Shown: piece after piece, positions 7,831-17,990 of the stretch
Numbering within the stretch: position 1 is the stretch's first letter
Layout: each line of letters begins with the position of its first letter
From: an uncultured archaeon
GTDB taxonomy: Archaea > Hadarchaeota > Hadarchaeia > Hadarchaeales > WYZ-LMO6
Direction: 5' to 3'
NCBI GenBank assembly: GCA_938074535.1
Contig: CALJER010000040.1
Coordinates: 1 to 24,253, forward strand
DNA: 24,253 nucleotides
The notes under the pieces: model-generated
What the model was told of the DNA's origin: nothing
The model's database searches: none
Seen by the model: only the letters and a program-made list of their open reading frames with translations
Translations under genes and position numbers: made by a program

Positions 7831-9257
7831 AAGACCTCTGTTTTCTCCCCGTGACCGAACTCTCCTCCAGGATCAGGGAGGGGTCCCTTTCCCCCGTGGA
7901 GCTGGTAGAAGCCTTTCTGGAGAGGATAAAAAAGCTCAACCCGAGGGTGAACGCCTACTGCCTGGTCCTGGAGGAGGAGGCCAGGAAGAGGGCGGAGGAG
8001 GCGGAAAAAGCCTTGAAAAAGGGGGGGAAGCTAGGACCCCTCCACGGGGTGCCCATCGCCATCAAAGATCTCACGCCCATGCGGGGGGTGAGAACCACTT
8101 TTGGCTCCAGGCTTTTCGAGCACTTCGTTCCCGAGAGGGATGCTGTAGTGGTGGAAAGGCTGAAGGAAGCTGGGGCCGTTCCGCTGGGGAAGACCAACAC
8201 CCCAGAGTTCGGCTGGATGGGTAACACCGTGAACGCTCTCTTCGGGGCCACCCGCAACCCCTGGAACCTGGAGAGGACGGCGGGTGGATCCAGCGGAGGA
8301 TCGGCGGCCGCCGTGGCATCCGGGATGGCGCCCTTCGCGGAGGGAAGCGATGGCGGAGGCTCCATCAGGATACCCTGCAGCGCCTGCGGCGTCTTCGGCC
8401 TGAAGCCCACCTCGGGTCTCGTCCCCATGGACCTCATGGTGGAGCTCGGGCTGGGACCTTTTGGTCACGTCTCCCCCTTCATGACCCACGGACCCATTGC
8501 CAGAACGGTGAGGGATGCCGCCCTTCTCCTCTCCGTTATGGTGGGGCTCCACGAGCTGGATCCCTTCAGCCTCCCCCCTCCGGAGGAGGACTACACGGAG
8601 CTGGAGGGAGAGGTGAAAGGGCTGAGGGTGGCCTACAGCCCCAACCTGGGCTACTTCTCAGTGGACAAAAGGGTGAGGAAGACCGTGGAGGAAGCGGCAT
8701 GGTCCTTCCGGGAGCTGGGGGCGGAGGTGGTGGAGAAGAACCCTTCTCTCCCCCCGAAGGAGGAGATAGAGGGGGCCTTCCAAACCCTGTGGGTGGTGGC
8801 TTTCAGCTCCGGGCTGGGAGACCTCTCACCGGAGGAGAGGGAGAAGCTGACGCCTGAGGTTCAGGCCCTCTCCGAGCTGGGAAAGGGAATCTCCGCCGTG
8901 GAGTACAAGCGTGCGGAGATGACGAGGGGGAGGGTCTGGCTGGGCATGCAGGAGCTCTTCAGGGAGTTCGACCTCCTCCTTACCCCCACGCTTGCCGTCC
9001 CGCCCTTCCCCGTAGACCTGCTGGGTCCCGCGGAAATCGACGGCGAGGAGGTGAGCCCGCTGGTGGGCTGGATTCTCACCTATCCTTTCAACCTCACGGG
9101 ACACCCAGCCGCCTCCGTGCCCTGCGGGTGGGTGGAGGGGCTTCCGGTGGGCATGCAGGTGGTGGGCAGGCGCTTCTCGGAGAAGCTCATCCTGCGCGCC
9201 TGCCTGGCTTTCGAGGGTCTTCGTCCCTGGGCCCACCGCCGGCCCCCCCTCGACTAG
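7827..9257 (+). CDS. Amidase-signature family enzyme
   Basis: GVPIAIKD, GKTNTPEFG, NPWN, GGSSGGSAAAVA, GSDGGGSIRIP (Lys-cisSer-Ser triad). ATGA overlap with the GTPase stop. Confidence 0.92.
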   Translation: MKDLCFLPVTELSSRIREGSLSPVELVEAFLERIKKLNPRVNAYCLVLEEEARKRAEEAEKALKKGGKLGPLHGVPIAIKDLTPMRGVRTTFGSRLFEHFVPERDAVVVERLKEAGAVPLGKTNTPEFGWMGNTVNALFGATRNPWNLERTAGGSSGGSAAAVASGMAPFAEGSDGGGSIRIPCSACGVFGLKPTSGLVPMDLMVELGLGPFGHVSPFMTHGPIARTVRDAALLLSVMVGLHELDPFSLPPPEEDYTELEGEVKGLRVAYSPNLGYFSVDKRVRKTVEEAAWSFRELGAEVVEKNPSLPPKEEIEGAFQTLWVVAFSSGLGDLSPEEREKLTPEVQALSELGKGISAVEYKRAEMTRGRVWLGMQELFREFDLLLTPTLAVPPFPVDLLGPAEIDGEEVSPLVGWILTYPFNLTGHPAASVPCGWVEGLPVGMQVVGRRFSEKLILRACLAFEGLRPWAHRRPPLD

Positions 9258-9298
9258 AAAAAGCTTTTTGAGAACGGGAGAAAGTTAAAAGGGCTTTT

Positions 9299-10027
9299 TT
9301 GGGAAGCTTCGCCTCAAGGCTGCGGGAGAAGGCGGAAAGGGCGGACTCGAGGATAATCCTGGCTTTTGATCCTGCGGGGGAATACCGCGAGGTGGATAGG
9401 GCCAGGGAACTGCTCTCCCGACTCTCGGACAAGGTGGCCGGAATAAAACTTGGTCTCCCCTCCCTCCTCGCCTACGGTCCGGGGGGAGTGAGGAGGCTCA
9501 TGGAGGGAATAGAGGGGCCTTTCATCTGCGACCTGAAGATGGCCGACATAGGGTACGTGAACAGGCTGGTGGCGGGGGAGGTTTTCGGGCTGGGGTTCGA
9601 GGCGCTCATCGCCCACGCCTTCATCGGGATCAGGGAGGGGCTGGGAGAGGTGGTGGAGCTGGCGAGGGAAAGGGGGAAGGGGGTGCTGGCGGTGTGCGCG
9701 ATGAGCCACAGGGGGGCGGAGGAGTACCTGAACAGGCACTACTTGGAGCTGGCGGAGGCCTCCCTCTCCGCCGGTGCGGACGGTCTCGTCCTCCCCGCCA
9801 CCTTCCCGGAGCTCCTGAAGGAGGCCAGGAGAAGGCACCCCGAGGCCCTCATCCTCTCCCCCGGCGTGGGAGTGCAGGGCTCACCCTTCGGCTCCGCCCT
9901 CAGGGCTGGAGCCGACTTCGAGATAGTGGGAAGGGCCCTGGTCTTCTCTCCCTCACCCAGGGAGAGGGCGGAGGAGATAAGAAGGGAGATGGGAGGATGG
10001 AAAGGAGAACGCTCGCCCAGGCGCTGA
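9299..10027 (+). CDS. pyrF: Orotidine 5'-phosphate decarboxylase
   Basis: IILAFD, GIKLG, CDLKMADIG, SPGVGVQG, IVGRA. The TTG start is uncertain. Confidence 0.92.
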   Translation: MGSFASRLREKAERADSRIILAFDPAGEYREVDRARELLSRLSDKVAGIKLGLPSLLAYGPGGVRRLMEGIEGPFICDLKMADIGYVNRLVAGEVFGLGFEALIAHAFIGIREGLGEVVELARERGKGVLAVCAMSHRGAEEYLNRHYLELAEASLSAGADGLVLPATFPELLKEARRRHPEALILSPGVGVQGSPFGSALRAGADFEIVGRALVFSPSPRERAEEIRREMGGWKGERSPRR

Positions 10028-10605
10028 TGGACTGCGGATGCGTCAGGGTGGGTCGCTACAAGCTGAGCTCCGGAGGGTTCAGCCCCTACTACATAGACCT
10101 GCGCATGGTCCCCTCCTTCCCCCAGCTCTTCAGGAGGGTGGTGAGGGCCTACCTGGTCCTTCTCGAGAGGGAGGAGGTGGAGTTCGAGAGGGTGCTGGGC
10201 GTACCCACCGCAGGCATACCCCTTGGGGTGATGTTGGCCCACGAGCTGGGCAAGCCCTTCCTCTACCTCCGCACGGAGAGCAAGGAGCACGGAACGGAGC
10301 GTCTGCTGGAGGGGGAGCTGGGAAAGGGGGAGAGGGTTTTGCTGGTGGACGATGTGGCCACCACGGGGGGAAGCCTGAGGAGGGCCGCGGGAGTGGTGAG
10401 GGGAGAGGGTGGGAGGGTGGAGGCGGCCGCGGTGCTGGTGGACCGGGAACAGGGGGCCAGGGAGCTCCTGGAGAAGGAAGGGGTGAGGCTCTTCTCCGTG
10501 ATGACTGCCAGGGAACTCCTCCAAGAGCTTTATACCTGCGGGAGGATTACGGAACAGAGCTACAGGGAGATCGTGGAGTACATGGAGGGAAGGACGCATG
10601 TTTAA
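9997..10605 (+). CDS. pyrE: Orotate phosphoribosyltransferase
   Basis: ATG 9997 after [34 protein letters not shown] (PRPP loop), VDREQG. Confidence 0.94.
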   Translation: MERRTLAQALMDCGCVRVGRYKLSSGGFSPYYIDLRMVPSFPQLFRRVVRAYLVLLEREEVEFERVLGVPTAGIPLGVMLAHELGKPFLYLRTESKEHGTERLLEGELGKGERVLLVDDVATTGGSLRRAAGVVRGEGGRVEAAAVLVDREQGARELLEKEGVRLFSVMTARELLQELYTCGRITEQSYREIVEYMEGRTHV

Positions 10606-11503
10606 GGGAAGAGATGTGCTCTCCATTTTGGACTTCTCCACCTCCGACCTGGAGCGGCTCTTCAGGAAGGCCTCCACCATCAGGCCCGGGAACGTGCTGA
10701 AGGGGAAGATCCTGGCCACGGCTTTCTTCGAGCCCAGCACCCGCACGAGGCTGAGCTTCGAGACCGCCATCCTGAAGCTGGGGGGCAGCGTGATAGGCGT
10801 GGGTGGAGAGGAGGCCACTTCTCTGGCCAAGGGAGAAAACCTGGCGGACACTGTTAGGATGCTGGACGCCTACGCGGACGTGATCGTGATAAGGCACCCG
10901 CTGGAGGGTGCGGCCAAGCTGGCGGCAGAGGTGGCGGAGGTCCCCGTGATCAACGGTGGCGACGGGAAGCAGCACCACCCCACCCAGGCCATGGTGGACC
11001 TCTACACCATAAGGAAGGAGGTGGGGAGGATAGAGGGCCTGAGGGTGGCTGCAGTGGGCGACCTCAGGTACGGCAGGGCGGCCACTTCCTTCCTCTACGG
11101 GATATGCAAGTTCGGGGTGGAGAAGCTCTTCCTGGTTTCACCCTCCCCCCTCAGGCCCAGGGAGGAGGTTCTGGAGTTCCTGAAGGCCTCCGGGGTGGAG
11201 TACGAGCTCACCTCCGACCTGGAGAAAGTGATGGGGGAGGTGGAGGTGCTGTACATCACCAGAATCCAGAAGGAAAGGTTCCCCGACCCCTCGGAGTTCG
11301 AGAAGGTGAGGGGGAGCTACAGGCTCACGCCCGAACTGGTGGAGAAAATGAAAGAGGGGGCCATCATTCTGCACCCCCTCCCCAAGGTGGAGGAGATAGA
11401 CCTGAGGGTGGACGAGAGCAGGCATGCCCGCTACTTCCAGCAGGCCACCTACGCCGTTCCCGTGAGGATGGCCCTGCTTTCGCTCCTCCTGGGGGGAAGG
11501 TGA
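10598..11503 (+). CDS. pyrB: Aspartate carbamoyltransferase catalytic subunit
   Basis: [31 protein letters not shown]. Confidence 0.96.
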   Translation: MFKGRDVLSILDFSTSDLERLFRKASTIRPGNVLKGKILATAFFEPSTRTRLSFETAILKLGGSVIGVGGEEATSLAKGENLADTVRMLDAYADVIVIRHPLEGAAKLAAEVAEVPVINGGDGKQHHPTQAMVDLYTIRKEVGRIEGLRVAAVGDLRYGRAATSFLYGICKFGVEKLFLVSPSPLRPREEVLEFLKASGVEYELTSDLEKVMGEVEVLYITRIQKERFPDPSEFEKVRGSYRLTPELVEKMKEGAIILHPLPKVEEIDLRVDESRHARYFQQATYAVPVRMALLSLLLGGR

Positions 11504-11979
11504 TGCCCGGTAACTCTCAGGAGCTGGTGGTCAGGAAGATAGAGAGGGGAACGGTGATAGATCACATCCCCGTAGGTCAGGCGCTGAACGTGATAAAGAT
11601 CCTGGGGGTGGGGGGGGAGAAGCACACGGTGGCCGTGGTGATGAACGTGGCAAGCAAGAAGTACGGGAGAAAGGACATTGTGAAGGTGGAGGGGAAGGAA
11701 CTCTCCACGGTGGAGGTGAACCGGATAGCCCTCGTGGCTCCCGAGGCCACCATCAACGTGATCCAGGACTACAAGGTGGTGAGAAAAAACAGGGTGAAGC
11801 TCCCTGAACGCATTCAGGGTATAGTGAGGTGCACCAACCCCAGCTGTATCACCAACAAGCCCAGGGAGCCCGTAACCCCTACCTTCAGGGTTCTCTCACG
11901 CTCACCCCTCCTCCTCCTGTGCGAGTACTGCGGGAGCAGGATTTCACAGGAGGATGTGGTAAAACAGTACGCGGGGTAG
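11503..11979 (+). CDS. pyrI: Aspartate carbamoyltransferase regulatory subunit
   Basis: ATG 11503 (TGATG overlap). GTVIDHI, KDIVKVE, CTNPSCIT and CEYC zinc site. Confidence 0.95.
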   Translation: MPGNSQELVVRKIERGTVIDHIPVGQALNVIKILGVGGEKHTVAVVMNVASKKYGRKDIVKVEGKELSTVEVNRIALVAPEATINVIQDYKVVRKNRVKLPERIQGIVRCTNPSCITNKPREPVTPTFRVLSRSPLLLLCEYCGSRISQEDVVKQYAG

Positions 11980-11982
11980 AGC

Positions 11983-12801
11983 TTGAGGTTCGAGGAGCTG
12001 GGGATGTATCCCGCCAGGGTGGAAAAGGCGGTGCGCGAGAGCCCTGCGGTGGTTTCCCTCCACCTCCGCTCTCCCCTCCCAAGGGAGCCCTCGCCCGGAC
12101 AGTTCGTCATGGTGTGGCTGCCTGGTAAGGAGGAAGTACCCATGAGCGTCTCCGGGTGGGACGGGGCGAGGCTCAGGATCTCAGTGGCCAAGATGGGTGA
12201 GACCACCTCCGAGCTTCAGAGGGTGAAGAAGGGGGAGTACCTAGGGGTGAAGGGCCCCCTGGGCAGGGGTTTTGAGCTGGGGAGGGGCCCGTACCTGCTG
12301 GTGGGCGGGGGCACGGGAATGGCCCCCCTGATTTTCGCCTGCCGGAGGCTAAGGGAGAGGGGGGAGAGGGTGAAGGTGCTGGTGGGGGCCAGAACCAGCT
12401 CGGAGCTCCTCTTCGTCACGGAGGCCAGGAGGACGGGGGCGGAGGTGGAGGTGACCACGGAGGACGGCTCCAGCGGGGAGGGTGGGATGGTAACGGACCT
12501 GCTCGAGCGGGAGCTCCCAAAAAGGCCGTGGAAGGTCCTTGCATGCGGTCCTGAAGAGATGCTGGTGAGGGTGGTGGAGGAGTGCGTGAAGAGGGGGAGG
12601 AAGGTTCAGGTCTCGCTGGAGAGGTACATGAGATGCGGCCTTGGCGTGTGCGGTTCGTGCGTGCTTGACCCCGTGGGATGGAGGGTGTGTACGGAGGGAC
12701 CGGTGTTCGAGGGAAGGCTCCTGCTGCGCACCGACTTCGGGAAGTTCGTAAGGGACCCCACCGGACGCAGGCTCCCCCTTCCCCCCGGACGGCGAGGCTA
12801 G
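11983..12801 (+). CDS. pyrK: Dihydroorotate dehydrogenase electron transfer subunit
   Basis: PGQFVMVW, GPLGRGF, GGGTGMAP, ACGPEEM, MRCGLGVCGSC...VCTEGPVF ([2Fe-2S] site). Confidence 0.93.
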   Translation: MRFEELGMYPARVEKAVRESPAVVSLHLRSPLPREPSPGQFVMVWLPGKEEVPMSVSGWDGARLRISVAKMGETTSELQRVKKGEYLGVKGPLGRGFELGRGPYLLVGGGTGMAPLIFACRRLRERGERVKVLVGARTSSELLFVTEARRTGAEVEVTTEDGSSGEGGMVTDLLERELPKRPWKVLACGPEEMLVRVVEECVKRGRKVQVSLERYMRCGLGVCGSCVLDPVGWRVCTEGPVFEGRLLLRTDFGKFVRDPTGRRLPLPPGRRG

Positions 12802-12857
12802 GGCTCCCCCCTTTCTCCCTCTCCGGGGGAAGTGGAGTTCCCTCTGCCAGAGCTTCA

Positions 12858-12880
12858 CCCCCAGGGAGAGACCCTGGGGG
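12858..12880. repeat. Inverted repeat CCCCCAGGG-AGAGA-CCCTGGGGG
   Basis: Perfect 9-bp GC-rich stem with a 5-nt loop, downstream of pyrK. Confidence 0.6.
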
Positions 12881-12956
12881 AGGTGGAGGAGGAGGCCCCC
12901 GGTGGGGGAATGGGAGAAGATCCCCCCCTCCTTCCTGGCGAGGATGCGTGAAAATT

Positions 12957-13736
12957 ATGAGGGTGGCGGTGTGCGTTAAAGTGGTCCCCGACCCCGAGGG
13001 TCCTCCCTCCTCCTTCCTCCTGTCCCCGGAAGGGAGGGTGGTTCCGGTGGGGATTCCCCCCGTCCTCAACCCCTTCGACGAGAACGCCCTAGAGCTAGCC
13101 CTCCGCCTGAAGGACAAACACGGGGAAACCTGGATCACGGTAGTGAGTGCGGGCCAAAGCTTCCCCTCCCCGTGCTCGGAAAAGCGCTGGCGGCGGGGGC
13201 GGACGAGCTGGTGCTCCTGGAGGACGAGGCCTTCGAGGAGCTGGATCCCCCCTCCACGGCCCTCCTCCCCTCCCTCGCCCTGCGGAGGCTGGGGGGGCCT
13301 GGTTCTCACCGGGCGCCAAGCCTCGGACTGGAGCTGGGGACTCACCGGGCTCATGCTGGCCGAGAGGCTTGGCCTCCCCGCCATCAGCCTGGTGTGCGAG
13401 CTGAAGGCAGAGGGCGGAGGGGCCGTGGCAAAGCGCCTTTCCCCCGGGGGTCTGGAGGCGGTGAGGGTTCCCCTCCAGGCCCTTTTTACGGTCACCGGCG
13501 GGGCAGGGGAGCCGAGGGGAATCTCCCTGACGGACCTGAGGGAGGCCATGAAGAAACCAGTGGAGCTCTGGAGGGCGAAGGACCTGGGGGTGGAGGCCTC
13601 CTCCCTCAGGAGGAGAAAGAAGGTGGAGCTGAAGCCCGTGGAGTTCAGGAGGAGGGGAGAGGTGATAGAGGGGAAAACACCGGAGGAAGCGGGAGAAAAG
13701 CTGGCTTCAAAGCTGCTGGAGGAGGGTATTGTTTAG
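12957..13736 (+). pseudogene. etfB: Electron transfer flavoprotein beta subunit with two compensating frameshifts
   Basis: MRVAVCVKVVPD...NPFDENALELALRLK in the main frame; VLGKALAAGADELVLLED...STA in another frame (13172-13297); LVLTGRQASD...LAERLGLP...EPR back in the main frame. Confidence 0.8.
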
Positions 13737-13791
13737 CCCGAGCTCCCGCAAAATCCATATAAACACCAAGGATTAGCTTCAACTGGATTGG

Positions 13792-14022
13792 ATGCCCGCT
13801 AAGGAAAACCTCCAGGGTTGGAAGGCAGTGTTCAACCTGTGCTACGGAGTCGTCGTGGTCTTCGTCTTCGCCATTCTCTTGGGTGCGCTGGGCGAGATAG
13901 CCTACAGCTGGGGAAACATAGTGGACAAGGTGGGTCAGACCGGAGCAGCCATTTTGGGTGGCATGACGGCCATAGCCTTGGCCATCATCCTGGCATCCCT
14001 TCTGAAGTCGATAAAGGAGTGA
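13792..14022 (+). CDS. Small membrane protein (76 aa, 2 TM)
   Basis: Two hydrophobic helices. TATA-like ATATAAA about 30 bp upstream and a T-rich tract right after the stop. Confidence 0.7.
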   Translation: MPAKENLQGWKAVFNLCYGVVVVFVFAILLGALGEIAYSWGNIVDKVGQTGAAILGGMTAIALAIILASLLKSIKE

Positions 14023-14036
14023 ACCTCATCCCAACC

Positions 14037-14052
14037 TTCTTTTTTCCCTTTT
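14037..14052 (+). terminator. T-rich terminator candidate
   Basis: TTCTTTTTTCCCTTTT after the stop at 14022. Confidence 0.4.
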
Positions 14053-14070
14053 CCTAAAGGAAAGGATAGC

Positions 14071-15315
14071 TTGGAGCTCACCGTAAAGGGAAGGTTTTTC
14101 GCTCCGGGAGGCCTGAGGGAGGGAAGCATCAGAATCTCACGTGGGAGAATAGAGGAGGTGGGGGAGGAGGTCGCGCCGGGGGGAGAGGTGCTGGACTTCC
14201 GGGAAGAAGGAAAGGTAATCCTCCCGGGCCTGATCGACATGCACGTGCACCTGAGGGACTTTGAGCTCTCCTACAAAGAGGACTTCAGGACGGGGACCAG
14301 GGCGGCGGCCAGGGGAGGATATACTGTCGTGGTGGACATGCCCAACACCCTCCCCAGGGTCAACAGGATTTCGGTGCTGAGGAAAAGGGAGGAGCTGGGC
14401 AGGAGGAGGGCAGCGGTGGATTTCGGTCTCTACTTCGGGGTGCCGGAGGAAAAGGGGGAACTCCGGAAAGAGGTGGGAAAGCGGTGCCTGGGTATCAAGG
14501 TTTACCTCCCGGAAGAGGGGGAAAAAGAAACGTTGGAGGAAACCCTTCGCTTCGCGAGCAGGGAAAGGCTGCTGGTGATAACCCACGCCGAGGACCCTGC
14601 TTTCTTCAGGGGAAAGGAGAGACCCCCCGAGGCGGAGGTGATGGGGATAAGGAGGATGGCCGAACTCTCCCTCCGGCACCGCTTCAGGCTTCACCTCACC
14701 CACCTCTCCTCTTCCGCAGGGCTCAGGGAGCTGGAGAGATGGAAGAGAAGAGTGCGACTCTCGGCGGACACGTGCCCCCACTACCTCCTCCTCACCCGCC
14801 GAAGGGATCCCCTCTTCAAGGTCTTTCCCCCGCTCCGCACGGAAAGGGACAGAACAGCCCTCCTCTCGGGACTTAGGGAGGGAAAGATAGAGGTAGTGAC
14901 TTCCGATCACGCACCCCACCTGCGAGCGGAGAAGAGGGACCCGGACGGACCGGGGGGTTTTCCCGGGCTGGAGACCGAACTACCCCTCCTTCTTACCCTG
15001 GTCAGAAGAGGTGAGCTCGAACTGGAGGGGGTGGTGAAAGCATGCAGCGAGGTCCCCGCCTCCCTGCTCGGTCTCCCCGCCGGGAGGATAGAGAAGGGAT
15101 ACGTGGGCAACCTCACCGTGGTGGACTTGAAGAAGAGCTTCAAGATAGATCCTCTGGAGTTCGAGAGCAAGGCCAAATACAGCCCCTTCCAGGGAAGGAG
15201 GGTGGTGGGTAGTCCGGTCTGCACCATCGTGAGGGGAAGGCCGGTGTTTTTAGACGGGGAAGTGGTGGAGGGTTTGGGGGGAATGAATGTCAAGGCTTAC
15301 GGTGAAGCTGGGTAA
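14071..15315 (+). CDS. pyrC: Dihydroorotase
   Basis: PGLIDMHVHLRD, DMPNT, HAED, TCPHYL, PPLR, SDHAPH, SKAKYSPF. Confidence 0.93.
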   Translation: MELTVKGRFFAPGGLREGSIRISRGRIEEVGEEVAPGGEVLDFREEGKVILPGLIDMHVHLRDFELSYKEDFRTGTRAAARGGYTVVVDMPNTLPRVNRISVLRKREELGRRRAAVDFGLYFGVPEEKGELRKEVGKRCLGIKVYLPEEGEKETLEETLRFASRERLLVITHAEDPAFFRGKERPPEAEVMGIRRMAELSLRHRFRLHLTHLSSSAGLRELERWKRRVRLSADTCPHYLLLTRRRDPLFKVFPPLRTERDRTALLSGLREGKIEVVTSDHAPHLRAEKRDPDGPGGFPGLETELPLLLTLVRRGELELEGVVKACSEVPASLLGLPAGRIEKGYVGNLTVVDLKKSFKIDPLEFESKAKYSPFQGRRVVGSPVCTIVRGRPVFLDGEVVEGLGGMNVKAYGEAG

Positions 15316-16192
15316 ACTGCGCCTGTCCAATCCCACCATCCTCGCCTCAGGCCTTCTTTCCACGGGATCCCTCCTCTGCAGGGCCCTCAGGGAAGGGGCG
15401 GGAGGGGTGGTGACGAAGAGCCTTACCCTAGAGAGAAGGGAGGGGTACAGCACTCCCGTGGTGGTGGGGGTGAAGGACGGACTGGTGAACGCCGTGGGAC
15501 TGACCAACCCCGGAGGTGAGGAGTACCTGAGGGAGGAACTGCCTCTGGCCAAAAAAGGTGGTGGTCCCGTGATCGTGAGCGTGGCTGGGGGAAAGGGAGA
15601 AGAGTTTGCGGAGGTTGCCTCCAAGGCCGAGGAGGCCGGAGCGGACGCTGTGGAGCTCAACCTCTCCTGCCCGCACGTCAGGGGCCACGGCTTGGAGATA
15701 GGCAGGGACCCGAAGCTCGTCCGGGAGGTGGTGAGGAGGACCAAAGAGGTTCTCTCCATCCCCCTCTTTGTGAAGCTGGGCCTCTCGGATCGAATCGTGG
15801 TCTCCGCCCTTTCCGCCGAACGGGAGGGTGCGGACGGAGTGGTGGCCATCAACACCCTGCCCGCCATGGTGGTGGACGTGTATGCTAGGAGAGCCATTCT
15901 CTCAAACGTGACGGGGGGTCTTTCCGGTCCGGCCATCCGTCCCGTTGCCCTGCGCTGCGTGTACGAGCTCTACCAGAACCTCTCTGTGCCCGTGATAGGA
16001 TGCGGAGGGGTGGAGGACTGGGAGAGTGCGGCAGAGTTCATTTTGGCAGGGGCCAGAGCGGTGCAGGTGGGGTCGGCAGTGGCCACCAGGGGATTGAGGG
16101 TCTTCTCCGAAATCTGCAAGGGGCTCTCGAATTATTTAAAAAGGGAGGGAATCCAAAACGTAGATAATTTGGTGGGGAGGCTGGAAGGATGA
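15287..16192 (+). CDS. pyrD: Dihydroorotate dehydrogenase catalytic subunit (family 1B)
   Basis: [43 protein letters not shown]. Confidence 0.95.
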   Translation: MSRLTVKLGKLRLSNPTILASGLLSTGSLLCRALREGAGGVVTKSLTLERREGYSTPVVVGVKDGLVNAVGLTNPGGEEYLREELPLAKKGGGPVIVSVAGGKGEEFAEVASKAEEAGADAVELNLSCPHVRGHGLEIGRDPKLVREVVRRTKEVLSIPLFVKLGLSDRIVVSALSAEREGADGVVAINTLPAMVVDVYARRAILSNVTGGLSGPAIRPVALRCVYELYQNLSVPVIGCGGVEDWESAAEFILAGARAVQVGSAVATRGLRVFSEICKGLSNYLKREGIQNVDNLVGRLEG

Positions 16193-17799
16193 AGTACGTC
16201 ATGGTAACGGGAGGGGTGATGAGCGGGCTGGGAAAGGGACTCACCACGGCCAGCCTGGGAAAGCTCCTGCAGGCCAGGGGGCTGAAGGTCACGGCGATCA
16301 AAATAGACCCCTACCTCAACATGGACGCGGGAACCATGAATCCCTTCGAACACGGTGAAATTTTCGTCACGGAGGATGGGGGCGAAATAGACCTAGACAT
16401 GGGGCACTACGAGAGGTTCCTTGACATCAACCTCACGAAGGACCACAACATCACCACCGGGCAAGTGTACTACGAGGTGATCTCCAAGGAAAGAAGGGGG
16501 GAGTACTTGGGTCGCACCGTTCAAATCATTCCCCACGTGGTGGACGAGATAAAGAGGAGGATAAGAGGGGCTGCCCTGAAGAGTGGGGCCGATATCTGCA
16601 TGGTGGAGATAGGGGGAACGGTGGGAGACATGGAGAGCATGCCCTTCCTAGAGGCGGCGAGGCAGATGAGGCTGGAGGAAGGACCCACCAACACCCTTTT
16701 CATCCACGTCACGCTGGTTCCCTCCTCTGGACCCGTGGGGGAGCAAAAAACCAAGCCCACCCAGCACAGCGTAAAGGAACTCAGACAGCTGGGCATCTCT
16801 CCTGACATCATCGTCTGCCGCTCAGATACCCCCCTCACCACTGAGGCCAGACGCAAGATTTCTCTCTTCTGCAACGTTTGGGAGAACGAGGTCATCAGCG
16901 CAGTGGATGTGGAGAACATATACGAACTCCCCCTGGTGCTGGAGCGTGAGAACCTCAGTTCGCTGGTCCTCCAGAAACTGGGTCTGAGGTCTATGGACAT
17001 AGACCTGGGAGACTGGATAGAGATGGTTTCACGGATGGCAAACGCGAGCAAACATGTGAGGGTAGGGCTCGTGGGGAAGTACATAAGGTTCACCGACACC
17101 TACCTCAGCATCTACGAGGCCCTGAGGCATGCCGCCGCCAAAAACGACGTGAAGCTGGAGGTGAAGTGGATAAGTGCGGAGCGGCTGGAGAGGACGACCG
17201 AGGCCCTTCTGAAGGAACTCTCCGAATGCCATGGAGTGATCATCCCAGGAGGCTTCGGGCCCAGGGGGGCGGAGGGTAAGATCCTCGCCATAAAGTGGGC
17301 GAGGGAAAAGCTGGTGCCTTTCTTGGGGCTGTGCTTCGGCTTCCAGCTAGCGGTGGTGGAGTTCTCCAGGAATGTGGCCGGCTTGGAAGGAGCCAACAGC
17401 ACCGAGATAGACCCTTTCACTCCTCACCCCGTGATCGACCTGCTTCCGGAGCAAAGGGGGTTGAAGGATCTAGGAGGCACTATGAGGCTGGGAGCCCAGG
17501 AAATCGTGATAGAAAAGGGTACGAAGGCCTTCCAAATCTATCAGAGGGAAAGAGTCTACGAAAGGCACCGCCACCGGTACGAGGTGAACCCCGAGTACCT
17601 TCCTCTCCTAACGGGAAAGAACCTCCTTTTCTCCGGGAAGAGTCCGGAAGGCAGGAGGATGGAAATCTTGGAACTCTCCGATCACCCCTTCTTCATAGCC
17701 ACCCAGTTCCACCCCGAGTTCAAATCCCGTCCCACTCGTCCTTCTCCCATTTTCGACGCCTTCATCAAGGCTGCCCTCTGCCAGGCCCTCCGCAGCTGA
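16189..17799 (+). CDS. pyrG: CTP synthase
   Basis: [36 protein letters not shown] (catalytic Cys), [13 protein letters not shown]. Confidence 0.97.
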   Translation: MKYVMVTGGVMSGLGKGLTTASLGKLLQARGLKVTAIKIDPYLNMDAGTMNPFEHGEIFVTEDGGEIDLDMGHYERFLDINLTKDHNITTGQVYYEVISKERRGEYLGRTVQIIPHVVDEIKRRIRGAALKSGADICMVEIGGTVGDMESMPFLEAARQMRLEEGPTNTLFIHVTLVPSSGPVGEQKTKPTQHSVKELRQLGISPDIIVCRSDTPLTTEARRKISLFCNVWENEVISAVDVENIYELPLVLERENLSSLVLQKLGLRSMDIDLGDWIEMVSRMANASKHVRVGLVGKYIRFTDTYLSIYEALRHAAAKNDVKLEVKWISAERLERTTEALLKELSECHGVIIPGGFGPRGAEGKILAIKWAREKLVPFLGLCFGFQLAVVEFSRNVAGLEGANSTEIDPFTPHPVIDLLPEQRGLKDLGGTMRLGAQEIVIEKGTKAFQIYQRERVYERHRHRYEVNPEYLPLLTGKNLLFSGKSPEGRRMEILELSDHPFFIATQFHPEFKSRPTRPSPIFDAFIKAALCQALRS

Positions 17800-17850
17800 T
17801 CCCACACTTCCCCCTCTACCGCCCTTCAAATCCCTCCTCCTCTAAGCACA

Positions 17851-17990
17851 TACTATATACGATTCTTCTCGATTCCTTCTTCATATTCTCTACAATATAC
17901 GATTAGTTATATAATTACTTAATAGTATACGACTAATTATACAATTATGGGAGGAGTCTTCGAAAAGTATATATTTTTGAATATACAAAA
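17851..17990. repeat. AT-rich region with TATAC(G/A)A direct repeats
   Basis: TATACGA at 17856, 17896, 17926; TATACAA at 17938, 17982. A 22-bp direct repeat 17896-17917 / 17926-17947 is 19/22 identical. Confidence 0.75.

Noticed and set aside
7827-9257. Calling the amidase gatA
   Set aside because: The motif is GSDGGGSIRIP rather than GSDTGGSIRQP, and no gatB/gatC is adjacent.
12416-13549. 377-aa minus-strand ORF and the many other long overlapping ORFs in the track
   Set aside because: P/R/G-rich shadow frames of well-supported genes, as expected in GC-rich DNA.
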